Source: Ginglymostoma cirratum (lineage: Eukaryota). From it: 64,000 nt of DNA. This document shows positions 1 to 10,776 of this stretch, piece after piece (positions within the stretch are counted from its first letter, which is position 1; every line of letters starts with the position of its first letter). The stretch is taken from NCBI GenBank assembly GCA_024137785.1, contig JAHRHZ010000127.1:2484612-2548611 (forward strand), given 5' to 3'. A model generated the notes under the pieces. It saw only the letters and a list, made by a program, of their open reading frames with translations, made no database searches and was not told the DNA's origin. Made by a program: the position numbers and the translations under genes.

Positions 1-22
1 TAATAGATTTCAATAGAATGCT

Positions 23-95
23 CGAGCGAGATAGGAGTCGAACCTACTGTCTCCTGATGCGTAGTCAGGCCCATTATCCATTGCACCACTGGCCC
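23..95 (-). pseudogene. tRNA-Arg(ACG) degenerate copy
   Basis: Reverse complement reads GGGCCAGTGGTGCAATGGATAATGGGCCTGACTACGCATCAGGAGACAGTAGGTTCGACTCCTATCTCGCTCG. This matches vertebrate tRNA-Arg-ACG with several stem mismatches. Confidence 0.85.
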
Positions 96-759
96 CTGGT
101 GCCGTTCAGTTTTACACACTGCAGTTAAGGTGTTAACACGGACATAAGTAGCAATGGTAACTTTCACAGCATGAACAGCCGGCAAAGATCATCACCGTCA
201 CTGCTTCAGTTCAATGGCTGTGATGAACTATGTGATGCGGCGAGTTTCACTGAGAAAGAAAACACATTTGTTCTCAGGGAGCTTCCATTCACCCTATCCA
301 GTCCGCTCAACCATTCAATGATATCACTATTGTTCTAATAAATCTCAAATCAAGTTCCTGTTTTTCCTCCATAACCTGATGAAAACTCAAGCCTAATCAC
401 AACATCGTATATCCCCGTTATTTTTCGGAAGTTTACCTTACTTTCATGACTTGTGTGTTTGCAAGAAATTGAATAATATGAAACAAGCAAAGAAGCCCTT
501 CTTGCAAATTAACCCAGTGCATAGTCAACTATATGAGAAAGTTCAGAGAGTGAAAACACTTCAATTTCTCCCTGCACAGATATGTCTCTTTACAAGTTGA
601 ACATTTGCAGCATTTTTATTTATAGTTGAGACATTTTCACTGACACATCCTCCCTCGGTCCACAAACATCTGCGCTGCCGAAAACTATTTTGCTTCAGAT
701 TAAAATTGCTTTCCCAAATCCTGATGTCCCAATAATCCCTGCTCCATGTCACTAAAAGC

Positions 760-855
760 TGCTCCGGGTGATGTTGGAGCTCACAACCTCGGCATTTCAC
801 GTGCCTCTCTACCGTCATGGAAAGACCGCGCGCTCACCGATTGCGTCACTGCAGC
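760..855 (-). pseudogene. intron-containing tRNA-Ile(TAT) degenerate copy
   Basis: Reverse complement has the 5' half GCTGCAGTGACGCAATCGGTGAGCGCGCGGT, a ~20-nt intron, and the 3' half ATGCCGAGGTTGTGAGCTCCAACATCACCCGGAGCA. The anticodon and T-loop are mutated. Confidence 0.8.
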
Positions 856-1257
856 CACAGAGTAGTTCTGCGCGCTCATTGCCATCCCCATTTCCGGTTG
901 TATCTTCGCGGCTGCGCCATTGAGTTTCTCCGATTCCGGGCCTGGGAACTGGTATTATATTGTCCTCTGCAGCAGTGGTTACTTCCTTGTGTGAGGAAAC
1001 TTGTGAAGTAACTGATGTTAAACTACGTTGCTTTTTGAAAAATGCATTTTCAATGTTCTCCTGACTGTGTGATGTTTTGAATTTTCAGTCTTGAACAGAC
1101 TAAGTGACTGACCCTCCCACAGCTGCTGGACCACCGAATTCCAAAGTTTCGCCCCACTCCAACCTTCCCACGTCTCCGTCCGTTATTTGGCCAGTATGCC
1201 TGTTGTGGAAAATTCATTATCAACATTCTAAAACATGAACATAGTATGGTAAACGTG

Positions 1258-1351
1258 GTTCCAGTGGCGCAATCGGTCATCACGTGATAATTATAGGACA
1301 GTGTAGCGGCCTGTGAAATGCCCGTTATGAATTTGAGCTTCACATGGATTA
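1258..1351 (+). pseudogene. intron-containing tRNA-Ile(TAT) degenerate copy
   Basis: GTTCCAGTGGCGCAATCGGTCA...ATTATA, then an intron, then ATGCCCGTTATGAATTTGAGCTTCACATGGA. The intron resembles that of the copy at 760-855. Confidence 0.75.
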
Positions 1352-2371
1352 GGTTTTACAGACATGGGGGCAGTACACTAAGAATAAGGGCCATGTTTAG
1401 CAAATTCGACTTTATTGGAAAAGAATGGGAAACGAATTTTTCAGCGGGAAATATCTCAATTTTCAATAAATATCCGGGGTATGCAAAACTTGTAGGAACA
1501 TCTGCGGAGAGAGAACCGAATGTGATGTTTCAGCTGGATAACCTTTCTCACGTGGCTGAGCCTGCATTGGGCTACCCTCTGGGAAAAGAAATGTTGTTTA
1601 GCTTGTTTGATATTATTCAACTTGCTGCTAACAGGCAGAATCTATGACAATAATAAAAATAAAGAATTAGATTTATCTCATTGTACCGTTTGAATGTTAT
1701 ATTCAAGTTCTGTCGGAATTCATTGAATTCAACTGCTGCTGAGAAGAACAGAGGCTTGAAAATACGAAAATACAGAGCCTAGTTGGTGGGTTTCTTCAGC
1801 GGGGATCAATAAGTATGAAATTGTCACCTCATCATGTTACATGTTGGCAAATCTTTAAGGCACAAGATAAAAGCAGGAATTGCGTCTATGAGAGACAGTT
1901 CACTTCCTGATTATTAGGGTATGACTTTATTTTCCAATTAATAAAAAAAACTCTGTTCCATTTGTAATGCTTCACAGGGAATCATATGCCACACGTTTCA
2001 AAACCTTGAGAATTTTTATAGTCGATGCTATTGAACTGTATTTGTTCACGAAATTTATTTTTCCAAATTTCCTTGCTGCGATTTTTTACAATACTGCTCA
2101 GTTGTTTCACAATTTATAAAACTTTACACCAAATAATATGCCACATCTTCCAAAACCATAAGCATTTTTATAGTCAGTTTTAATCAGCTGTTCAAGACAT
2201 TTCTTCACCTCTGAGGTCATTTAAAGTCAAATTGATTCTCCACCCACCCAACTCGCCATCCCACCATCCCTCCCACCCAGCCCGGCCACAGACTCTCTTC
2301 CCTTGTTAAATTCACTCCTTGTGTGTTTGCTCGTATGACTTTTAAAACGTTCTGCAATCAACTACTACCTT

Positions 2372-2668
2372 TAGAATAGAATAGAATCCCTACAGTGTAG
2401 AAACAGGCCCTTTGGCCAAACAGGTCCACACTGAACATCAGAGCATCCCAGTCAGACACATTCCCCTACAACCCACCTAATCTACACCTCTCTGAACACT
2501 ATGGGCAATTTAGCATGGCCAATCAACCTAACCTGCACATCTTTGGACTGTGGGGGAAACCGGAGCACCCGGAGGAAACCCACACAGACACGGGGAGAAT
2601 GCGCAAATTCCACGCACGAACCAGGGTCTCCGGTACCGTGAGGCAGCAGTGCTAATCACCGTGCCGCC
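2372..2668 (-). mobile_element. HE1-like tRNA-derived V-SINE
   Basis: Reverse complement begins GGCGGCACGGTGATTAGCACTGCTGCCTCAC, contains the V-domain GTGGGTTTCCTCCGGGTGCTCCGGTTTCC, and ends in a CR1-type tail with (TTCTA)n. Confidence 0.9.
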
Positions 2669-3336
2669 TGGAATTTCTGGAATTTTATTGCGGATTTGAG
2701 TAACTCTCTGACGGAAAGAAACTCTGCTCCAATTTTTTTTTATTATTCACCGACACCTTTGAATTTCTGACCTCTCTGACTTCGATTCACTCGAAAGAGG
2801 GAATTTTCATCTTATTTAGAAACTTCGAACCTCGCGTCATCTGGCAAATCTCCATTAGTTTACTTCCCAATTTTCATTGTGGCAGCTACAGCATTTCCGA
2901 CTTTCCCAGCATCTCATGAATATAATCCTGTAACTTTTCCACCACCCCGATAAAACCCATCTGTACCCATTCTAATGACTTTATATCCCAGTAGACCCCA
3001 TCTGCGTCTTTTTTAATCTGTTTACATTGATTTGTGAAGAGTGCAGATAAGCATTACACACAATGCTCCAAGTGAGGCTGAACTACAGATGTTACAGTTG
3101 TACTGTGATCTCAACCACCTCACTGTGAGGCTACAGTCAGAGATGATGTTTTACGACCCAGTTCAGAGCAGAGTGAAAGAGAACAGGAGAAGACTATTGA
3201 GGCCTTGACATGCGTGTCACTGCACCTGTGTAAACTCGGCCTGTGTAACAACATGAATGATTTGTTTCCGATTCATGAAGCAGAAAGGTGATCAAAATGC
3301 AAGACTCAGAACAAACCATTATGCGCCTGTAGCGAA

Positions 3337-3409
3337 TAGCAGAGGATGGTTTCAATCCATCAATCATCCAGGTTATGGACCCAGCACGCTCCTGTTACGT
3401 TATTCTGCT
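3337..3409 (-). pseudogene. initiator tRNA-Met(CAT) degenerate copy
   Basis: Reverse complement AGCAGAATAACGTAACAGGAGCGTGCTGGGTCCATAACCTGGATGATTGATGGATTGAAACCATCCTCTGCTA matches tRNA-iMet, with a damaged D-arm/A box. Confidence 0.85.
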
Positions 3410-5934
3410 TGCAGGTGATTTATGTTTTTCAGGCAAGTGTTCAGCTTTTCATTTAGCGTGTGGCATGCACCTTCAAGGAAGAACTCAAAAGATTGCATTG
3501 TTGTTGGGTAATACGGTGATGCAAGATGTGTCTTGTCTGTGTAAATATTACCTTTGTCCAATTTCTCACATTCTGTTGGTCGAACTCTGCTTTCACTCAG
3601 AGTCGCCAAGTTTGTCACAGCGCAGACGAAGGTCATGCAGCCCACCTTAGTTGTGGTTTTCCACCATGAGTAAACGTATGTCTCTTTTAGTGTTATTCTC
3701 TTGCCTTCTCCATGTAACTGAACATTATTATTTTTAACATTACCATGGAATTCCCTTTTGGATCGACCGAATCTGCGTCTTGGGCACTGTCAGACAGTGA
3801 TTTACGGACCCTATCACTCTCTGTTCAAAGTTTCAAACGGACCAGTTTTCAATTTTCTGTTCTCCAAGGGGAGATTTCCCGACTTTCCAACCTAACTTCA
3901 TTGCAGATAATCCTCATACGCGGCACCATTCACGTGAATATGTTCAACCCTGTCTCCAATCACTTCACATCCCCGCTTCCGGAAGTTTCACGCCCAGAAC
4001 TGAGCAATAATGTAGCTGTAGGATTCATTCAGAGTCGGATTGCGTGGGCAAGTTTGTCGTTTTCACTGCAATGGTACTTGTGCCCCATCCCCACTTTAGC
4101 CAATCCGACATAACTTAACGAAGCTGACTTGACGGAAAGCAGATCGGGCATTGAGGCAAAAGTGCAATCAGATACTAGAAAGAGCGTAATTTCAAAATAA
4201 ATGAAAAGTACGCATCCAGCTGAGGATGCAAATACAAAAATGCAGTCATCCAGTCATCGAGATATTCGTAAAAGATACGGGCCAACAAGCAAAAAGAAAA
4301 GTTTTATCTGGGTTCTGAGGGTGCAGGTAAAAGCGAAGTCATTCATGGAGAAAACTTCCAGCTTGTTGGGATGCTATGGTGGTGGAAGCCTAACGAATGT
4401 ATTTTGGTTCAAGAAATAAAGTCGGGTGTCAGCAGATGGCCACGGTGGCGTGTGGAAGTGCAGATCGATCATATGTATCTCGTGAAAGCAAGAGGGACTA
4501 ATGAAGTTTGAACTGGCAAAAAGGAAGTAATCTACAGTGCCAGAAGAGGATAAAAAAGATGCTTTACAATGGATGGCAGCAGACTGAGGGGGAAGCTCAG
4601 GGAGCGTGTTACAATCAAAAGAATGATCTGTGCAAACTGGAGACAGTTGCTGATCTTGTCAACATCTACAATATCCAGCAAATTGACAACGTGCTGAACA
4701 CATATTTTTCACAGTCATAATCTAAACAGAATACAGCAGATCGTGGAGTTTTAAAGTGTGCACATCAAATCTTACCCACTCTATCACATATGTTTGTATA
4801 GGCTTACATTAACTAAAAAAACAAATTTTAGTTGCATCTTCTCAAATCAGAACGTCAGCGAGTGGCACTGACTACTGCATACTGAAAGTGATGGTGCTGT
4901 ATTATTTAAGGTGAGAGCGAATGTCAGTGCGTTGTACGAACTTGTGTAGACTGAATATAAACACACGCAACTAGAATCAAGTAGACGGATTGGGAAAGTG
5001 CAATTTAAAATTGGGGCATCTAAATGTTTGAATGTGGAACTAGACCAGTTTAGAATGAATGTGAGTGTGCGGTATTAGACTGGTGTAGACAGAATTTGAG
5101 AGTGTGGAATTAGAGTGAGCAGGCTCAATTTGAGCATGTAGTACTAGATGAGTGAAGACTGATGTAAGCAAATGTGAACTATGTCTGTGTGCTTGAAAAT
5201 AATACCACTTTCGGCCACCCACTGGAACATTGAATATAATCGTGCAGAATTGTACTTTACTTGAAATTGTGGTGCAATACAACTAATTTGACAATGTTAC
5301 AATTATTTTTTTGTGAGTTAGTTATATAATTCATAAGTTTAATCACACTGGACAATTTCATATTGAATTCCAGTTTGATGGTTAGGTTCTTTCACTAGTA
5401 AATTTAACAGTATGAACTATATTTTTGCCATCAGGAAAAGCATACAGACTGGCTTCTTAATACATCGATACTGAATACCACAGCACTCATTTCGATTTGC
5501 CTGCGCTAATTTTAATTTAGCTTAAGTGGAGCTGTGCTGAATTGCATGCAAACGGAGTGGAATAAACCTTTTCATGGTAATATTAAACACTTGCAGTGAA
5601 ACTATTATGACGCAGATGCAACAATGCTTGACCGAACTACTCATACTCAGTTTAAACAAAGCATGAGGTTACCAAATGTAATTTGCTAACCTGACTCTCT
5701 CTATAATGATTGCCCGGAAATTTGTATTAAAGGGCTCATACAATGTCAGTGAACTTCAGCAAAACGGTACAATTAACAAGATATAATTTGCTCTGAAATC
5801 ATTTAACGCAGGATCAAACGTTCAAACCTCTTACTTCCTCACGGAAAGTGTCGATCTACATCACCTATATCGACTGCTTAACATTTCACAGTCTTTTTTT
5901 TCCACAAAGAACATGATTACATTCATGACAACAG

Positions 5935-6057
5935 AAAGAGCTGGAAATCAGAAATCAAAATCAAAAACGGAAATTGATGGAAAAGCTCAGGCGGTCTGGT
6001 AATATCTGTGGAGAGAAATCAGAGTAAATGTTTTGTGTCGAGTGATCCTTCTTCAGC
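5935..6057 (-). mobile_element. Penelope-like terminal-repeat fragment
   Basis: Belongs to the GGAAAAGCTCAG..GGTCTGG..ATCTGTGGAGAGAAA repeat family seen at the ends of the GIY-YIG elements in this window. Confidence 0.65.
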
Positions 6058-6216
6058 AACATTGCATCCATACCATAATCTCGATAATTGCAATGTGAAT
6101 CAATGTCTGTATTGCTAAAGAAAAGCCTTCCATATGATCAGTAATGGCCCCGGAAATGACTTCATCTTAGTTTCAATTACTACCACTAATGTAACCGATG
6201 AAACCATCTGATTTTC

Positions 6217-6244
6217 TCCCTGGAGAAAGAAATCAAGGATAAAT
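6217..6244 (+). promoter_or_regulatory. putative core promoter of GPCR gene 1: O/E(EBF)-like site plus ATAAAT box
   Basis: TCCCTGGAGA (6217-6226), a 12-nt spacer, then ATAAAT (6239-6244). The spacing is the same in the other two paralogues. TAAT cores lie at 6142 and 6187. Confidence 0.6.
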
Positions 6245-6294
6245 ATGGAAATCCATGCTCCAGAAGCAGAATATACTTCGAACCTCAGAGAGAA

Positions 6295-8631
6295 ATGCAT
6301 TCATCACCCAATGGCCTGCCCTTTGCCATTTACTATCCCCTCCTTGCAGTTATTGGTATTGCAGGTAAGCGACTGTAATAAGATTTCATTATGGTAGTCA
6401 TAGTTTATCTGCATCACTTTTCTCATTTTCCCATAATGACTCTCCATGGCATTGATGTTACTTCCACCCTTTAACGGGATCTCTTGTCCAAGTCAATGGG
6501 AAAAGCATTTTCTCTTCTAACTAACAAGATTTTTACTCTTTTTTCAGGGTCATTTATTTCCTTTTATACCGATATGATATCTCCATTTTCGCTCTCCTTG
6601 CTTTAACTGACATAATTGCTTTCATGTCCAATGTATGTGCCAAACTTAAATGGTTACGTATCTCTCTTTGGTGGACGTAGATTACGCACATTCCCACTCT
6701 AATTTATTCTTAACTCTTCATTCTCATGACCAGTGTCGTTTCATTTCCTTAATTCTCTACTTTCACACTTACTTCTGGCATTCTATCCTTTCTTTTTTCT
6801 GCCGGGAAAGTAATGTCATCTAGTATCACGGTATAAATGTAATTCTAATGTTTTATTGATGCTGTCACTTTGGGTGCATAATGGTGTAAATATAGTTCGA
6901 CTGTATTATTGACAACGTCAACATTACTGCACTCTTAACGTAGATAAAGTTTGTTCCTGAGACAGTTATTGCATCAATACAGTTTTTTCCCCCTGAGTGC
7001 AAGCAGTTTCTTATGCTGAATGTTAAAAGTATTAAATCAACGTATATTTAGCTTATATATTTTGATTAGTCATGACCTCGGTTTATCAGGCTATCAAAAG
7101 GACTACACCGCATGTATTTCTTTGGTCCTCAAGGCCTGTCATGATGCTTTAACTCAAAACACTGTGGCACAAAAAGTGAGAATGCAGTCAACCAAATTAT
7201 ATTAATAATGTTGTACAGACTATTTGCTTCACTCACTGCCTTTCAGCATTTTTGCCATAAATACAGTTGTTTCCATATTACTCTCAAGCAGGATATTTTA
7301 CGTGGTCAAATTTTCAAATAATTGTACATGATTTATGGGATCTTTTCACTTACAGTACGGTTATACCGTGCATTGGTGTTTCTATTTGATACTTCCTGCT
7401 TTTCACCACTTGGGTGATCAACTTCAGTCGCTCATCCTATCTTAGATTTTCCAGATAATGTAATTGTTCTTGCTTTCCCAATACTCCACATTGGTAAACA
7501 GAACCTAAGTGTTTTGATAGTCCTCTGTGGCATGAGAAAATGGTGTATTTGAGGAAGTATCGTTCTATAATGGGACAGAAGGTTTATCGAAAGCAATTGC
7601 TGAGTCTGACTTCTCATAAAACTAATGCCCGATATGTTAACCTTTCAAATTTTTTTTTTTAAATTTCCCTGTCTCTCAGTCATATATTCATTATGTTTGT
7701 ATACAAAGCAGCTAATTCAGCAGTAATCGTGATTCTAACCAGAAGAAAATGTGGTCTCTCCAAATGTGTCATATACTACTTGATATCAATGGCAGTTACA
7801 GATCTTCACGTTATGATATTTGCTGTGATACTAAACCGGATTGGACGTATATATCTTCCATTCAGCTTCCTCTCCATTACTCCTATCTGTCGTCTTAGTT
7901 TTGTGGCAATATATGGAGTCAGAGATTGCTCTGTCTGGGTAACAGTTGCTTTCACCTTTGATCGCTCCCTGTCTGTAACTACTCAGAAGCTGAAAACAAA
8001 ATTTTGCTCCAAGAAAACTGCAGCTGTGGCAATAGGAACCATTTGTGTTCTGAGCTGTATTGTAAATATTCCCTGGTATTTTGCATATGAACCTTCCTTT
8101 ATCGTTGACAATATACCCTGGTTTTGTCAAAGTAAGTCAATATTTTATACGTCACCATTATGGGTCTTATATGATTGGATTCTTATTATTTTAACTCCTT
8201 GTCTTCCATTCATTCTGATTTTGCTGCTCAATGCACTGACCGTCAGACACATCCTAGTGGCAAATATAGCACGTAGGCGACTCTGGGCGCAAGAAAAAGG
8301 AGATAATTGGAGTGACACAGAAATAGAGAAACGGAAGAAATCTATTGTTTTGCTATTTACTATTTCAGGCAGTTTCATTCTGTTATATTCTGTATTCTTT
8401 ATTACAATTTTCTATGTCCGAATTACAAATGCTACTTATTCTCCTGGTTCAAATTTCAGTAACGCTTCATTTATTCTGGATGAAAGTGGAACTATGCTCC
8501 AGTTATTGAGTTCTTGTATCAATCCGTTTATTTATGCAGGGACCCAAAGAAAATTTAGGGAAGAGTTAAAGAATGGTGTTAAATATCTACTGAGTCTAAT
8601 TGTAAGATCATCTAATAAATCAAAACAATAA
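6295..8631 (+). CDS. GPR139/GPR142-like class A GPCR, paralogue 1 (exon 1 6295-6364, exon 2 7712-8631; 329 aa, intact)
   Basis: Exon 1 encodes MHSSPNGLPFAIYYPLLAVIGIA and ends at donor G|GTAAGC. A phase-1 acceptor CAG|CT joins it in frame to the 7693 ORF. The protein is 7TM with YLISMAVTD, SVWVTVAFTFDRS, LLNALT and MLQLLSSCINPFIY (NPxxY). Confidence 0.9.
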
Positions 8632-9254
8632 AATTCAACCTATGTTGCACAATACAGCTCATTCTTGATTCTCATTGCCCATGTCATACACTGCCAGTCT
8701 CCACAGAACCATCGTTACTTGCTTTGGAAAGCGTGTACTCTCTGAACTCAATGATGAATGAGACAGGTTGTGTCATTCAGAAGTGCACATTGGTTGAGTT
8801 TTAACAAATTCCTTATGCAAACAATTCAACGCAACCAGAAGGTAACCAAGTATCGCTACATTCATGTGAGAGACAGACAGTCCAATGCCTGACTTGTTAT
8901 TTGATAATAAAATTGAAAAAAATCACGGAAGAACCTTAGAAACACCCCATACATGCGATTTTTCTTGAGGGAAGGAGTCACAGTCCTCATATTTCATTCC
9001 CCCATCATAATATATTTTCCTCAGCCACATCCCTGTGATACAAAGCATTGAACACGGGAACTAGTGAGATCTAAAAGCCGAAATGTCTAGTGCATATTCC
9101 AATCTTTTCATTGGATAGCTATGAAGAAATCCCTGCGTAATAAGTCATGAAACGGATCAAACAAAGGTTTGTATTTTTAATAGCATGCAAGTAGTAAACA
9201 ATTTTATGTACCAAATTTAATGCGAATATATACTTAAAGAGTTTAGTGGAACAG

Positions 9255-10252
9255 AGATAGATTGTATTTCAGATGTATGGTTCTCTGAAAGTGGAGTCAC
9301 AGGTACGCAGAGCAGTGAAGAAGGCTTTTGGTGCACTAGCCTTCATCAGTCAGGACACTGAGTACAGAAATTAGGAAGTTGCAGCTGTACAGGACGTTGC
9401 TGAGACTGCACTTGGAGAATTTCGTTCAGTTTTGGTCACCTTGCTATAGGAACGATGTTATATCATAGAATCCCTACAGTGTGGAAATAGGCCCTTCGTC
9501 TCAACAAGTCCACACCAAACCTCAGAGCATCCCACCCAGTCCCATCCCCCTATAACCTACACCTCCCTGAGGACTACAGGCAATTGAGCATGGTCAATCC
9601 ACCTAACCTGCACATCCTTGGACTGTGGGAGGAAATCCACACAGACACAGAGAGAATGTGCAAACTCCACACAGACAATCGCCCGAGGCTGGAACCAAAC
9701 CCGGGTCCCTGGTATTGTGAGGCAGCAGTACTAACCACTGTGCTACCATTCCACCCACTAAAGCGGAAAGAGTGTAGAAGAAATTTACAAAGATGTTGCT
9801 AGGATTCACGGGACTGTGTTATAGCAAGAGGTTGAACAAGCTAGGACATTTTTCTTTAGAGTGGAAGAGACTGTGGGGTAATCTCGTAGAAGTGCATAAG
9901 ATTACGGAAGGCATGGATAGGAAGAATGCACTCAAGTCTTTTTCCCAGATTTGGGAAATCGAGGACTAGAGGGCACCAGTTTAAGGTAAGAGAGGAAAGA
10001 ATAAATGGGAACCTGAGGGGCAACTTTTTTTACACAGAGCATGGTACGCAAAAGGAATAAACTGCCGACAGAAGTGTTTGAGGCGGGTATTTTAACAACA
10101 CTTAAAAGGCATTTGAACGAATCGATGGATAAGAAAAGTCTAGAAGAATATGGGCCAAGTGCAGGAAAATGTGTTTAGCGCGCATGGACAGTTTGTTGAG
10201 CATGGACAATTTCGGTCGAAGGGCCTGTCTCCGTGCTGTAGGAGCCTATTTA
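9255..10252 (+). mobile_element. CR1-group (HER1-like) LINE 3' fragment, interrupted by a SINE
   Basis: Degenerate RT C-terminus (RLHLENFVQFWSPCYRND ... ERVxKKFTKML) and the 3' UTR tail GGGCCTGTCTCCGTGCTGTA. Confidence 0.85.
9461..9750 (-). mobile_element. HE1-like V-SINE nested in CR1 LINE
   Basis: Same family as 2372-2668. Reverse complement begins ...TAGCACAGTGGTTAGTACTGCTGCCTCAC..AGGGACCCGGGTT. Confidence 0.9.
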
Positions 10253-10461
10253 CTGTTGAGTTCAATAAGCAGCTTGTTTTCCATACTTACAGCTGCATGT
10301 TGCAATAATAGTTATGACTAATTGCATTAGTTAGTAATGCTCAATTATTTTAGGAAAAATGAAGGCATAAAACAAGGAAAATGATCTTGCTAGAGACCTG
10401 CAGAAGTTTTCAGGAATGTGGAGTTAACGAGAAGACAATACTGGAGCCCGAGAATTACATC

Positions 10462-10776
10462 AAGAACAAAAACAAAGTTGCTGGAAAAGCTCAGCAGGTC
10501 TGGCAGCATCTGTGAACTAGAAAACAGACTAACCGTTTCGAGTCCGGTGACCCTTCCTCAGAACTGTAGGTGGCTGGGAAAACGTCAGTTTGTATGCAGA
10601 AAATAGGGAGGTGGGTGGGCTAGGGAGTAAATGATAGGATAGAGCCCAAAAGAGAGAGAAGGACAGTTGGACAGACAAAGGAGTTGCTAACGATCAGGCT
10701 GAGAGGGTGAGTAATTGTTAATGGGGACTGTTAGTGACTAACAACAGTGGGTGTGTAGTGGCAGGCTATGTGGTAA
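10462..10776 (-). mobile_element. Penelope-like element 3' end/terminal repeat
   Basis: Has the terminal repeat family plus CTGAGGAAGGGTCACCGGACTCGAAAC on the minus strand. Homologous to 14330-14610. Confidence 0.75.

Noticed and set aside
3060-3095. TGCTCCAAGTGAGGCTGAACT resembling a tRNA-Ile 3' end
   Set aside because: The context fits an old minus-strand CR1 fragment (the RPHLEY region), and there is no 5' tRNA half.
4930-5170. Recurring TAGAC/TAGA-GTG words suggesting an array
   Set aside because: There is no constant unit length or conserved repeat; this is at most a decayed minisatellite, not CRISPR-like.
7693-7711. ATG at 7693 as the start of GPCR 1 (likewise GTG starts at 45418 and 57798)
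   Set aside because: The 7693 ATG lies in the intron and the two GTGs are internal to exon 2. A conserved upstream exon 1 supplies the true ATG and the first half of TM1.
7831-8378. Antisense ORFs over the GPCR exons (also 58160-58378)
   Set aside because: These are shadow frames of the sense coding sequence.
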